64,000 bases of DNA from Octopus vulgaris (taxonomy: Eukaryota). Positions 38,960 to 51,442 of the stretch are shown piece after piece. The notes under the pieces were generated by a model. It was not told where the DNA came from. It saw only the letters and a program-made list of their open reading frames with translations, and ran no database searches. Made by a program: the position numbers and the translations under genes. The stretch lies in assembly GCA_951406725.2 (NCBI GenBank), contig OX597817.1, positions 145,328,001-145,392,000 on the forward strand, read 5' to 3'. Numbering within the stretch: the first letter of the stretch is position 1; every line of letters starts with the position of its first letter.

Positions 38960-40107
38960 TTTTGGCTCAAAAAGCAAAAAGCAAGGCCATGTAGGGGGGC
39001 ATGGAGTTATGTACAGGGTGGTGTTCATACAAAGAGTTCAGGCCATTTGTGGTCAAGGGAGACTTTGAACCGAGCGGTCGTCGGCATCTTCACTATTTCG
39101 TCCGGCAGCTTATTCCACGGATCCGCAACCCGGACGGAGAAAGCCCCTCTCCTTCGATTGAGATGAAATCGTCGCAGATAGAGCTTTTCAGAGTGACCCC
39201 GCAGCCGACGCTCTGGAGCAGGAGTGAAGAACAGCTCTTTCGAGAGTTTACACTTTCCGCTTATAATGTTGTGAGCAAGAATGAGATCACCACGGCGTCG
39301 TCGTTTTTCTAGAGAATAAAGGTCGAGCGTCTTCAGCCTTTCTTCATAAGACAAATGCTTGAGACCAAGAACCATGCGGGTAGCCAGCTTCTGGACTCTT
39401 TCGAGATGATGTATGTCTTTGAGGAGATAAGGAGAAGAGGCTTGAATCCCGTACTCCAATATGGGTCTCACCAGCGTGACATAGAGCGGTAGGAATATGG
39501 CTGCTGTGAGCATTCCGAATGACAGTCGAATCAGAAAAAGAGCTCCGCGTGTTTTGTTGGCAGCATGGACGCACTGGGCCGAAGGCGAAAAGGAAGAATC
39601 CACCAAGATACCCAGGTCCTTTACCTGGTCGGTCCTCTCCAGCAGCAGACGACCCGGCTCGAAATCAAGTTGAGTTGCAGGAGAAGAGCCAACAGGCAGA
39701 TGACAGCACGTTCAGACACAGGTCCCATTCGTTAGACCATCTCCAAACTTGGTGGAGGCATCGACGAAGATCATCTATATCACCGCGAGGAGCGACCAGT
39801 TTGACATCATCGGCAAATAGAAGGGTATGTTGCGTGAGGTCGTCGGGCAAGTCATTTATGAAGACTAAGAACAATAAGGGCCCAAGCACTGAACCTTGAG
39901 GCACGCCACTGCTCGCACTGGAGACGTCGGACAGCGAACCATTAACTTGGACTTGGAAGGAGCGATCTGAGAGGAAGGCACCAACCCATCGTACAATATC
40001 CGGATGGAAACTATATGCCTGAAGCTTGACAAGTAATAGGCGGTGGTTTACCGAGTCAAAAGCTTTGGCAAAGTCCAATAAAACGATGTCAACAGCATCA
40101 CCATCAT
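38960..40107 (-). mobile_element. CR1/L2-clade LINE, 3' part of ORF2 (RT), frameshifted, cut by the gap
   Basis: LDFAKAFDSV, GVPQGSVLGP, FADDVKL, VRPILEY and RRRRGDLI motifs. Confidence 0.9.
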
Positions 40108-40207
40108 NNNNNNNNNNNNNNNNNNNNNNNNNNNNNNNNNNNNNNNNNNNNNNNNNNNNNNNNNNNNNNNNNNNNNNNNNNNNNNNNNNNNNNNNNNNNN
40201 NNNNNNN
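40108..40207. other. Assembly gap (100 N)
   Basis: Run of N. Confidence 0.99.
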
Positions 40208-40694
40208 GTGTATATATATATATAAACATATATATATATATACATGTACATGCTTATATACATATATAAACATATATAACTATATATATATATACATTTA
40301 CATATATACATTATTCTTTTATTTGTTTCAGTCAATTGACTGCAGCCATGCTGGAGCACCACCTTTAGTTGAGCAAATCAACCCCAGGACTTATTCTTTG
40401 GAAGCCTTTTACTTATTCTATCGGTCTCTCTTGCTGAACCACTCAATGATGGGGACGTAAACACACCAGCATCGGTTGTCAAGCGATGTTGGGGGGACAA
40501 ACACAGACACACAAACATATACATATATTTATCCAACTGCTTCTTTCAGTTTCTGTCTACACAATCCACTCACAAGTCGTTGGTTGGCCCAAGGCTATAG
40601 TAGAAGACACTTGCCCAAGGTGCCATGCAGTGGAACTGAACCCGGAACTATGTGGTTGGTAAGCAAGCTACTTACCACATAGCCACTCCCACAT

Positions 40695-40733
<39 letters not shown>

Positions 40734-41329
40734 TACACATTCATGTGCAAATGTATACATATATATGTACATAATATATATTATATATATGATGATGCAT
40801 GTATATATGTATGTTCACCTGTATATATGTGAGATATTAGTTTCACTTTAATAGTGAAAGTATCTGACAATACAACAGAGGAATGTTATTGTTTCACTTT
40901 TGACACGTAATACTGAAATAGTGGAAGATATAAGAGATTGTTCTGGGCTCGCATTAGGCATGAAGTTGAACATTTTTGGGGCCCATGACACTACCTGGAC
41001 CCTAAGTAAGGCATGTGTAAAATTTCAATGAAATTGGTTGTGTAATTCTTGAGTTTTAGGGATTCACACAGACACACATTCTCAGTTTTATATATTAAAA
41101 TAAATAGATCGCTTTTAATTATAACATTATATCAAACGATATATCATGCGTACATTGCATGGCACCTTGAGCAAATGTGTTCTACTAGCAGTGGACCTAT
41201 CAAAGATTTGTGAGTGAATTCGGTAGAAATCCACTCACAAGGCTCTGGTCGAAGTAGAAAACACAAAGTACCATGCAATGAGATTGAACCATGTGGTAAA
41301 GAAGCAAACTCCTTACCACACAGCCACGT

Positions 41330-42260
41330 CGATTGGATGGCCACGACCGGGAAGCATTTGTGTTATTTCCTGTTTTTCTGGTCAGCGAAACACAGGAAAA
41401 GTTATATTTCCTTGAAGTATACTCTAACCAAACACACAGTGGCCTATAAACAATCTAAGTACGTGTTGTTTACAAGTTTCCGTTTAGGTTTAACATTTGA
41501 CTTCTGAACATTTTCGACGTGTGGTGAAATAAAAATAAACCAAATATTGTTAATAATTACTTCGAAACAAGACCTGGGAGCTTTATTGTCAAGACTCCAG
41601 GACATCTTGTGTAAAATTACCATAGTTAATATGCTGAAAGTTAAATTGATACTTTTAGCAAGGTTGTCGCACGAGAATTGATATCAGCTGGTTTCACTTA
41701 CCTGGTTACGCGGTGCGTGAAAAACACGGTAAATGTCATTCTTTGTTCGTTCTCAATGGCGGTGCGAAAACAAGATCCAAGGCCGATAACTCTAAATTTC
41801 TTTTTGAACTTGTCCCAAGAGAAAGTAAACTTCTTTTTGCTCCGCTGTCACCACCACCAGCTCGATCTTACTCGAGCAGTCTTATGGCCAGACACGTTCT
41901 AGATGTGACCGTCCCATTGTTTTTAAGTTTTGTGAAATAATCTGTGTATTTATACATTAGTTTTTAATATCGCAATTGGTAAACAATATCGTCGTTGATT
42001 ACAGGTTTCCACTTTAATGACAACGAGAGTGGCAGGGAAATATCCAAAACTCGGTATTGAATAAAGATCCGGCATTCTTTCGATATAACTCGACAAAATC
42101 AAAGCATTTCACTTCGGGTATTTCCGTGGGTTGTGGGGTATAGATATAACGAAATTATGCCAGCAATGTCTCAACTTAAACTTGAAGAAAAAAAGCCTTG
42201 CATATTTGTTCTTACCTGTTTCATGTGTGGATGTAAAATCCGCAAATTTCCTAAGCTTCT
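41330..42260 (-). promoter_or_regulatory. CpG-rich segment, candidate NitFhit promoter/5' region
   Basis: CG dinucleotides are visibly more frequent than in the gene body, with no recognised repeat; minus-strand donor-like sites at 41701 and about 42215. Confidence 0.35.
41702..41739 (-). CDS. NitFhit: Candidate first coding exon of NitFhit (MTFTVFFTHRVT-R)
   Basis: Consensus CAG|GTAAGT donor at 41701. It ends in phase 2, matching the acceptor at 28845, and lies in a CpG-rich segment. Confidence 0.5.
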
Positions 42261-42757
42261 TCCAGACTGTAGCTTAGACATTTATTTTTTCTTTTTACTT
42301 GTTTCAGTCATTTGACTGTGGCCATGCTGGAACACCACCTTCAGTCAAGGATTTATTCTTTGTAAGCCTAGTGCTTATTCTATCAGTCTTCTTTGTCTTA
42401 CTGCTAAGTTACAGGGACGTAAACACACCAGAATCAGTTGTCAAGTGATGTTGGGGCACAAACACATACACATAGATATATATGATGGGCTTCTTTCAGT
42501 TTCCGTCTACCAAATCCATTCACAAGGCTTTGGTCAGCCTGAGGCTATAGTAGAAGACACTTGCCCAAGGTGCCACACAGTGGGACTGAACCCAGAACCA
42601 TGTGGTTGGTAAGCTACTTACCACACAGCCACTCCTGTGCCTATGCTGATATGTATGCAGACATTTCATAGCAGAGGTGTTGTTTATATTTATCCCAGCG
42701 CAATCGTTCTGCAAATGGTATTTTGGCATCAACATGTACACAGATTCTGGTTACATG

Positions 42758-43312
42758 TGTAGTGATCCTATACAACAGCGCGCGCGCGCAACGCCCTCTC
42801 GCGAATACACGAAGTCCGAAAGAGGGAATTTTGCTGACGTGGCCTTAGCTTATAGAGGCAAGGGAGCGTGAGCCTTAACAAAGAGGCAAGGGAGCGTAAA
42901 GCGTTGACCATTAGCGTCCGACAGACAGCGGCAGGCTTTTCATAGAAGCAGACGTTTAATTCGTTTTCTCTCCGGTTTTGATAGCAGCAGTCTTTTGGCC
43001 GAAGACTTTTAACCTGAATTGTTGCAGACATCATCTTCTTCCTCCGGACGCCATTTTGACCCGTTCTGTTTTTAGCGGCTGAACATTGTAAATATTACAA
43101 TCGATTAACTTTCAGCCTTGCGCGCCCAGAACCAAGGACATCAGATATACCACTGATTTCTCACCGGTATAAAACAATAAAGTATATCTATTTTTTACGT
43201 CTGCGTTTTGTGTTTCTTTGACTGGTAGAGTCTGGATATAAAAGCAACGGAAAGTGATTGCACCAACTTGCACCCCAAAAGTGCAAGAGGAGATATTCAC
43301 ATATTCCTTACA
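42758..43312 (+). repeat. 5' LTR (555 bp)
   Basis: Direct repeat of 47568-48108, followed by the PBS. Confidence 0.95.
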
Positions 43313-43761
43313 GTGGTGACCCCGAAGTTCCAGAGAACACTCAACAAAAAGAAAAAAATCCAGTTTTTCTGCCAAGTCTGAAACACGACCAACCTGTTTT
43401 CCAGTCCCTTTCAACAGTTTGTTTCTTCATCTGCACTCACGCACGGAAGAAAAAAAAAAAAAGAGAAGAAAATTTTTTTTCTCGATTAAAACGCGACGAA
43501 GGTTGGTAAAAAAAACAAAAAAAAGAAAAGAATTTTTTTCTATTCTCTGTGCACACAGTACAAACAAAAAAAAAAAAAAAAAAACATTTTTTTTTGTAAA
43601 TTGCACATTCAAAATTTATTGGTTCACTTGTTGGTCTTTCTTTCTTTCTTCCTTTCTTTTTTTCCCTTTGTTTTTCCTTGTTGCGTCTGTTCAGCGTTGG
43701 TTCGTTGTCAGTTTTCTTTTTTCCATTTGACAGAGTCATCTAGTGAATAAAAGGCTACAAA

Positions 43762-44170
43762 ATGTTTATGGGTTCGTTACCTACTTTTACAGGTGATGCC
43801 ACACTGTGGTTTTCACAGTTAGAGGCACAATTTCGTGCACAAAGTATTACTACCGAGCAGCAGTAGAGACAAATACAGTGGACCAAATAGCAACGATGGC
43901 TGATAAGATGGTTGAATTTGCCGTTCAACCATCGTCACGGTCTGTTTGTGCCTGTTCACAAACTTCTTCGGCCTCAATTGAGGGGCTTTCTAAACTAATA
44001 GGATGGACGCGATGGTCGCGATGGTAAGCGATCTTCAAAATCGTGGAGTCGAAGTCGTTCATCCTCGAGATCAACACAGTCTAAGTCTGGACTGTGTTGG
44101 TACCACTCCAAGTATGGAGAGAATGCACATAGGTGCACACAGCCATGCACTTATAAGTCTTTAAACTAGA
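43762..44170 (+). pseudogene. Gypsy gag remnant, internally deleted
   Basis: MFMGSLPTFTGDATLWFSQLEAQF start, stop at 43864, and a later CWYHSKYGENAHRCTQPC Zn-knuckle in another frame. Confidence 0.7.
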
Positions 44171-44180
44171 TTCGGAGAAT

Positions 44181-47100
44181 TTGAGCACGTCAACTTCCTC
44201 CACAACATTTTCTGGTTATCGTGCATTCTTTGTTAAAGATCTAGTGTCGAAGAAAAACTTCATGGTGGACACTGTTTCTTGTTGCAGTATTTGGCCTCTG
44301 TGTTGCACAACCGACAGGCCAAAGCGATCTGACATCATCTTGCACGCTATAGACTCGTCACCAATAGCCACATTCGGTCAGATCTCGTTGCGCCTTGATA
44401 TTGGTCTTCGACGAGACTTTCAATGGGTTTTTGTCATTGCCGACATTCCGCATCCTATTTTAGGTGCGGATTTTCTAGATAAATTTGATTTGTTGGTAGA
44501 TGTCAGACGTCGGAGGTTGGTCGATAGTTCGACTACACTCTCCACGCCGACCGGAGAATCTACCAATTTAGCTCTTAGCCCGACATTTTTTGTCGGTACA
44601 TCTGGAGATGTTTTTCACTCTCTTTTAGCTTCTTTTCCAGAGCTATATGATGTTACCTTTAGGGTGGCTAAGCCATTGCATTCGACACGACACTTTATAA
44701 CAACAACTGGACCTCCTGTTTTTTCACGTCCAAGGCGACTTAAAACTGCTAGGGCTGAGTTTGAGCATATGCTCCAGCTCGGTCTGATACGCCCCTCCAC
44801 CAGTCCATGGGCATCTCCCCTTCATTTAGTAAGAAAAGGGGATACAGATTTTCGCCCGGTGGGAGATTATCGGCGTCTAAATGCGGTGACGATACCGAAC
44901 AAATATCCCATAAGGATTTTAAACGATTTTTCGGCAAATTTACATGGCTGTACTATTTTTTCAAAGGTTGACCTGATACGTGCCTACCATCAAATACCGG
45001 TCAACTCAGACGATATTCCTAAAACAGCAATTACTACTCCTTTTGGCTGTTTCGAATTTTTATTTATGAGTTTTGGTTTGAGGAATGCCACTAGTACTTT
45101 CCAACGGTTTATAGATGAAGTTGTTCGCGGATTTGATTTTGTGTTCGCGTATGTCGATGACATTCTAATCGCAAGTGATACGCATGAAAATCATCTCCTG
45201 CACTTGTCTCAGCTTTTTCAGCGTCTTCGCGACTATGGTGTTCGCATTAATCCAGACAAGTGTGTTTTTGGGGCAACCATCTCTTAATTTTCTCGGTCAT
45301 TATATTGACTCGAGAGGAATCAAACCACTCTCATCCAAAGTCGATGCTATTCAGCGCATCGCACCACCTTCTTCTTTGCGTCAACTTCGCCATTTTTTAG
45401 GCATAGTAAATTTCTATAGACGTTTCATAGATCGGTGTGCGGACAAGTTGTTACCTTTAACACAAATGCTAAAGGGCAATTCCAAGAAGGACGCCCGTCT
45501 TACTCTTTCGGCTGAAGCACTGTCTGCCTTTGAGTTGGTTAAAAAGGAACTAGCTTTAGTCCCTATTTTGGCACATCCGGCTCCTAATGCTCCACTTACT
45601 TTATCTGTGGACGCATCAGAGTCTGCAGTTGGCGCTGTTTTGCAGCACACCGTAGAGGGTGAAGTTAAACCTTTAGCTTTCTTTTCTTGTCAGCTAAAGC
45701 CAGCTGAACGCAGATATAGTACCTTTGATCGAGAGTTACTAGCGATCTATCTGTCAGTTCGGCATTTTCAACACCAGCTCGAGGGACGAGAGTTTGTGAT
45801 TTATACTGATCACAAGCCCCTTACTTTTGCATTATCTTCTAAAACGGATAAACTCTCTCCTCGTGCTTTCCGTCACCTGGACTATATTTCTCAATTTACA
45901 AGTGACATTAGGCATGTGCCAGGCAGTGAGAACGTCCCTGCAGATGCTCTCTCTAGACTCCCTGTCAATTCCATTTCCTCTCCTGCAGCAATTGATTTAA
46001 CTGCTATTTCGCAGGAACAACCACCTTTAGAGGAGTTGGATTTAACTTCGCCTAAGTTTGTTAACTGTAAGTTTGACTACCTTCCGCTCCCTACAGCGGA
46101 AGGCTCTATTCTTTGTGACGTTTCTACCGGTTCACCTAGACCATTAGTACCTGAGAAACATCAACGTTCTGTGTTTGATGCTCTTCATTCACTGTCACAT
46201 CCAGGTATCTCTGCCACAGTAAAGCTTGTTACTGCTCGGTTCTTCTGGCCCAATATGCGACGATCAATTACCTCTTGGGCACGCTCTTGTTTGAGGTGCC
46301 AGAGTGCTAAAGTCCATAGACACGTTCGTGCTCCACTTGGACAATTTTCCTCTCCTGAAGCCCGTTTTCGCCATATCCACCTTGATTTGGTTGGACCATG
46401 GCCTGTGAGTCGCGGGTTCTCATACATTTTAACTTGTATTGATCGTTTTTCACGCTGGCCGGAAGCTATTCCTATAGCAGACATGTCAGCTGAAACTGTT
46501 GCGAGGGCTTTCGTATCTAATTGGATTTCGAGGTATGGTGTACCGTACAGTTTAACCACAGATCGTGGTCGACAATTCGAGTCTGCATTGTTTCGTGAGT
46601 TATCACGAATCCTGGGGATGCATCATATACGCACCACAAGTTACCATCCTGCTTCTAATGGGATGGTGGAGCGTTTCCATAGGCAACTTAAGGCCGCTTT
46701 GCGTGCCTCGCCGAATCCACAGTCATGGACTGAATTTCTACCGATCGTCCTGCTTGGATGTCGGACTGCGATTAAAGCAGACCTTGGTTTTTCGTCTGCC
46801 GAGCTCTTGTATGGTACCACACTGGCATTGCCTGGTACGATGTTGGTGCCAGACAAGTCACAGTCTCTTAATTTAGAGTCTTATGTTGCTCGATTACGCA
46901 GATATTTTTCTGCCCTTTCTCCTATGGACCCTCGACACCAAAATCCTCCTTCTAGTGTGCCATCAGACCTAAATTCTGGGACGCATGTTTTTGTTCGTGA
47001 TGATTCTGTCAAAGGACCTCTTGTTTCTCCTTATAAAGGACCTTTTCGTGTGATTTCTCGCACGCCGAAGGTATTCAAACTTGAAATTAACGGTCGTTCG

Positions 47101-47358
47101 GAGACCGTCTCCGTAGGTCGTCTTAAAAGGGCATATTTTGAGGTGTCCACATCTTTTAATGACCCCACTGCCACAACCATCGTTGAACCTTCACATGCAC
47201 CTTTGACAACACCACTATTTACACATGCACCATTATCAACACCAACATCGACAACACCACCTTCGTCGTCGCAGCCTGCCTCGAACAGACCTTATGTTAC
47301 GAGGTCAGGCAGAACTGTTCACTGGCCGAAAAAACTTTCCAAAACTATTTATATTTGA
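44181..47358 (+). pseudogene. Gypsy pol (protease-RT-RNase H-integrase) with a frameshift near 45270
   Basis: ORFs 44181-45287 and 45175-47358; YVDD RT motif, DAS RNase H motif, HHCC and DDE integrase motifs, GPF module; the protease motif reads DTV. Confidence 0.92.
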
Positions 47359-47567
47359 CATTTTCAATTGATTTCCCAGTGACAGTTCAGTACTCATTGA
47401 ACTTTGCTCATTTTGAGTATTTTTCTCTTTTTACCTTTAAGGTGAATTTTTTTTTTGCTGTTTAATGTATTATATTGTGTGCTATTTTTGGTTATCTGGT
47501 GTCCACCTTGAGTTTTATGGTCACTACAAGGAATTGTTGTTCGTGCTTAGGCACTGGAGGGGAGCTT

Positions 47568-48108
47568 TGTAGTGATCCTATACAACAGCGCGCGCGCGCA
47601 ACGCCCTCTCGCGAATACACGAAGTCCGAAAGAGGGAATTTTAGCTTATAGAGGCAAGGGAGCGTGAGCCTTAACAAAGAGGCAAGGGAGCGTAAAGCGT
47701 TGACCATTAGCGTCCGACAGACAGCGGCAGGCTTTTCATAGAAGCAGACGTTTAATTCGTTTTCTCTCCGGTTTTGATAGCAGCAGTCTTTTGGCCGAAG
47801 ACTTTTAACCTGAATTGTTGCAGACATCATCTTCTTCCTCCGGACGCCATTTTGACCCGTTCTGTTTTTAGCGGCTGAACATTGTAAATATTACAATCGA
47901 TTAACTTTCAGCCTTGCGCGCCCAGAACCAAGGACATCAGATATACCACTGATTTCTCACCGGTATAAAACAATAAAGTATATCTATTTTTTACGTCTGA
48001 GTTTTGTGTTTCTTTGACTGGTAGAGTCTGGATATAAAAGCAACGGAAAGTGATTGCACCAACTTGCACCCCAAAAGTGCAAGAGGAGATATTCACATAT
48101 TCCTTACA
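47568..48108 (+). repeat. 3' LTR (541 bp)
   Basis: Preceded by the PPT; has a 14-bp deletion and one substitution that I could see versus the 5' LTR. Confidence 0.95.
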
Positions 48109-48408
48109 CATGTATTACGTCCTCCACAAAGAGTGTATCTTGCAGTTTTATGGATTTTGCTGTTTCATTTGTTCGTTGGGTTATTTTGTAGCCATCTGCT
48201 CTTCTTGGATTGCAAAAGCCTAGCCTTCAAGATGTGTCATGATGTACCTGCCAGAACTGTATGTATATATTCCAAAGCTTGTGGGTTTATATGCAATTCT
48301 CTTCCCACTCTCTTATCTTCAACATGCATTTTATCTTCTTTTGCCTCCCATCAAACTCTGTATATTTTACTTCTCTACCTATCCCTCATTTTCTTCTATC
48401 TATTATAT

Positions 48409-48456
<48 letters not shown>

Positions 48457-48802
48457 TCCCTCTCTCTCTGCTCTTCATAAAAAATCTGCCAGTGTCTTTC
48501 AAGTCTGACATCAAAAGTTGTCTTATGTAAAATATTGTCACCAAAATACTAACTTTGTTTACATTTCGATATGTTATTTTCCATTTTTTAAAACAATCCT
48601 TTGTTCATTGACTTCTACCTCCCTTCATACACTGTATATTTTATGTTTCCTCTCATTCCTCATTCTCTTTCACTTATCATATGCTCTCTCCCCCTCTCTC
48701 TTTCTCTCTCTCTCTCTATCTATCTAATCTTCTTTTGCCTCCCATCAAACTCTGTATATTTTACTTCTCTACCTATCCCTCATTTTCTTCTATCTATTAT
48801 AT

Positions 48803-48873
<71 letters not shown>

Positions 48874-48980
48874 TCTTCATAAAAAATCTGCCAGTGTCTT
48901 TTATATATATATATATATATAAAAGAAATAATGGTGTCATTGAGGCCCAAAGGTGTCAGGTAATGCTGAATAAGTGCACT

Positions 48981-49032
48981 GTCTCCGATGAAGGGATATT
49001 ATTAATTAATATCCTAGAAACAGCTGTAAGAC
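48981..49032 (+). ncRNA. Minimal type I hammerhead ribozyme motif (U4C variant)
   Basis: GTCT-CCGATGA-[stem II GGATATT/AATATCC]-GAAA-C AGCT G-TA-AGAC. Confidence 0.6.
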
Positions 49033-49329
49033 CTTCTATCTATAAATGCTCTAATATCTATACAGCCTTGGTTTTTTTATCTTATTACACAAAAAAATCT
49101 GATATATATATATATACACACACATACACACATACATTTTCTCTCTTGCTCTCTCCTTGTCTCTCTCTCTCTATATATATATGTTCCTCTTTGTTTATTT
49201 CCCCATCTGTCACTTTCTTTTTCATTATTTCTCTCTCACACACCACTCTTTTTCTCAATATTTCCTGCCTTCATAAAAAAATTTGACATCTTAGACGTTT
49301 GACATAAAAAGTTGTTTTATTTTAAATAA

Positions 49330-49815
49330 TAAAAATGAAATTATTGTATACAGTGCTCACATACACCACATCTTGTCAAAAGTGCATATACAAAATGTCT
49401 GGGAAGTGAACAGTGTATGAGTCAAATACATGCTTGCGTGTGTATGGAGGGGAGAAAATCAGGTGTAGTGTTGGCGAATCTCAGGAAGCTTGGAAGTTTT
49501 GAAGGATGCAGTGTTCCGACAACTAACAACTGATGCCAGCAGTTTGTTCCATGCTTCAACAACAATTAGCGTGAAAAAATGTTTCCGAAAGTCATGGGAG
49601 CTGTGCTGTTTTCTGACTTTGTAAACATGTCCACGGGTGTTAGACAGGTGGAGTTTGAACAGGTGCTCAGAGTTATTGTTTGTATGATGGTTAATAATTT
49701 TATGGGTGTCTGCCAAGTCAGCTACCAGACATCAGAGTTTCAATGTATCCATGCCCAGGGAAATAAGGCGTTCAGAACATGGCAAATGCCTGATGGAGGG
49801 TATTCTCTTGGTTGC
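49330..49815 (-). mobile_element. CR1-like LINE 3' end
   Basis: ORF 49459-49716 with TRGH.YK..HFFT..VVEAWNKL. Confidence 0.8.
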
Positions 49816-50774
49816 ACGTCGCTGATATTAATAATAATATATTATTAAAAAATATATATGTATATAATCATTCGTATTAAATATATAAATACTTTAATAG
49901 TATTAATACTTTGATACAATTGAGCACTCAATATAAATTCAGTATATAATATTCTCATTGAATATATTTAACTAAAGATTTATGGACTTTGAAGAGTTTG
50001 ATAAGATAATCGTTAGTAATAGAATCTGTATTGATGTCAAAAGACAATCTTAATATCCAGCTTAATACGAATGCATTGTTATAGTGCTGAATATTGTGTT
50101 ATCTCCCTTGAGAGAGCCTCTCTTATTGATTCTTAGAGCACAAAAGCATACATATCTATATTGCTGGCAGATAAGAATTGTCTGCTACAGGTGCTAGGAC
50201 TGTCAGATTGCATGATTTCGACATGCTCCTTCTCTTCAGTGGCAGATATCCAGTAACTGTATACCAGACAAATTCCAATGCTAGTGATACATTGAATTTT
50301 TAGCAACGGAAGCAGCATTTTTACCAAAAAGCAATCATTATACCCAGCTTAACATGTATGTATTGTTAGAGTGTTGAATAATGCAATATTTACCTTGTGA
50401 GGATTTCTCATATGAAATGTCTTCATTGTCACGCAAGCATGGAAAAGTGGACATTAATCCAATGGTGATGATATATTTTGATTGTAGTAATGTATGATAT
50501 GATATCTCAGAAATATGTGATAAGGTATTTTGAAATAGTTTGATTGTGATAATTTGTTTTTCATTGTGTATTATTGTATTTTGAATAATTTGATAGTAAT
50601 ACTGTGATGGTTTGTTGCTAACTTAATGTGACAGTCCCAGAAAAGGGAAGAACGCTACTGCTATTGAGTCCAAAAAAAACACTGTTTCTAGTTGGCTATG
50701 TGACACAAGCGTTCCGTGTCCTTAAGTTTTCAAACAGGGGAGATAATCACCTCCACCCAACAAAGCCAACAACA

Positions 50775-50811
50775 AGAGATTAATTTCAGGGTCGTTGCTC
50801 TTCATCAGTCT
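50775..50811 (-). ncRNA. Very minimal hammerhead-like motif
   Basis: Minus strand AGA-CTGATGA-AGAG caacga CCCT-GAAA-TTAA-TC-TCT. Confidence 0.35.
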
Positions 50812-51273
50812 GGAGTAGCTTGGCCTTGCTAGCCATCGGTGTTAACTCGCTGTTGAAAACCTGTAGAATTTCAAGTGAAATAAATTCACTGATCTACAAA
50901 CTTAGAAATATTGCATTTCGAAATCTCTCACAGAGAGTTAGACAGTAATAATATATTTTGGAATTAATTCACTTCAATATGAAGGGAAAAAATGCATTAT
51001 CATCCCATGTCTCTTGACTTGTGTGTAATATGGATATGAAGATCTGAGAAGGGAAAAAAATTTATAAGCAAAAAAAAAAAATAATAAAATGTTCATATCT
51101 GATGCAAGAATAAGCCATCTATTTTATATGAATGACTTAAAACTCTGTGACACAGACAATAATGTGCTTAAAGGCTTATCACTGTGAAAGCACAGTAAAA
51201 AACATAAATCCAAAAGAAGCTCACTCTAAGATATAGAGCAATATATATCAAAAATTGGGAAGACCAGTTTATG

Positions 51274-51324
51274 GGATTACCTTAGGTTTCCCGTCCATAA
51301 AGGGTTTAGCATATCATCAGATCC
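51274..51324 (-). ncRNA. Minimal type I hammerhead ribozyme motif, canonical core, weak stem II
   Basis: Minus strand GGAT-CTGATGA-N23-GAAA-CC TAA GG-TA-ATCC. Confidence 0.6.
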
Positions 51325-51403
51325 TAAAACTTGTTGCCCCAAGATAACTTAAGAAATGCCTCACTGCTCAAAGGTAACAACAGTTTTTGGGATATATATA
51401 CAC

Positions 51404-51442
<39 letters not shown>

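Larger units (their letters stand above)
42758..48108 (+). mobile_element. Ty3/Gypsy LTR retrotransposon with both LTRs; coding region defective
   Basis: TG...CA LTRs at 42758-43312 and 47568-48108; CATG target-site duplication; PBS TGGTGACCCCGA (tRNA-Trp type); PPT GGAGGGGAG; PR-RT-RH-IN order. Confidence 0.96.

Noticed and set aside
42216-42260. ATG AAA CAG|gtaaga as the NitFhit start exon
   Set aside because: Phase 0 is out of frame with the 28845 acceptor; it could only be a UTR or uORF exon.
50050-50430. ORF 50133-50327 and a diverged duplication of about 65 bp
   Set aside because: Stops flank the ORF, there is no recognisable motif, and no consistent splice sites.
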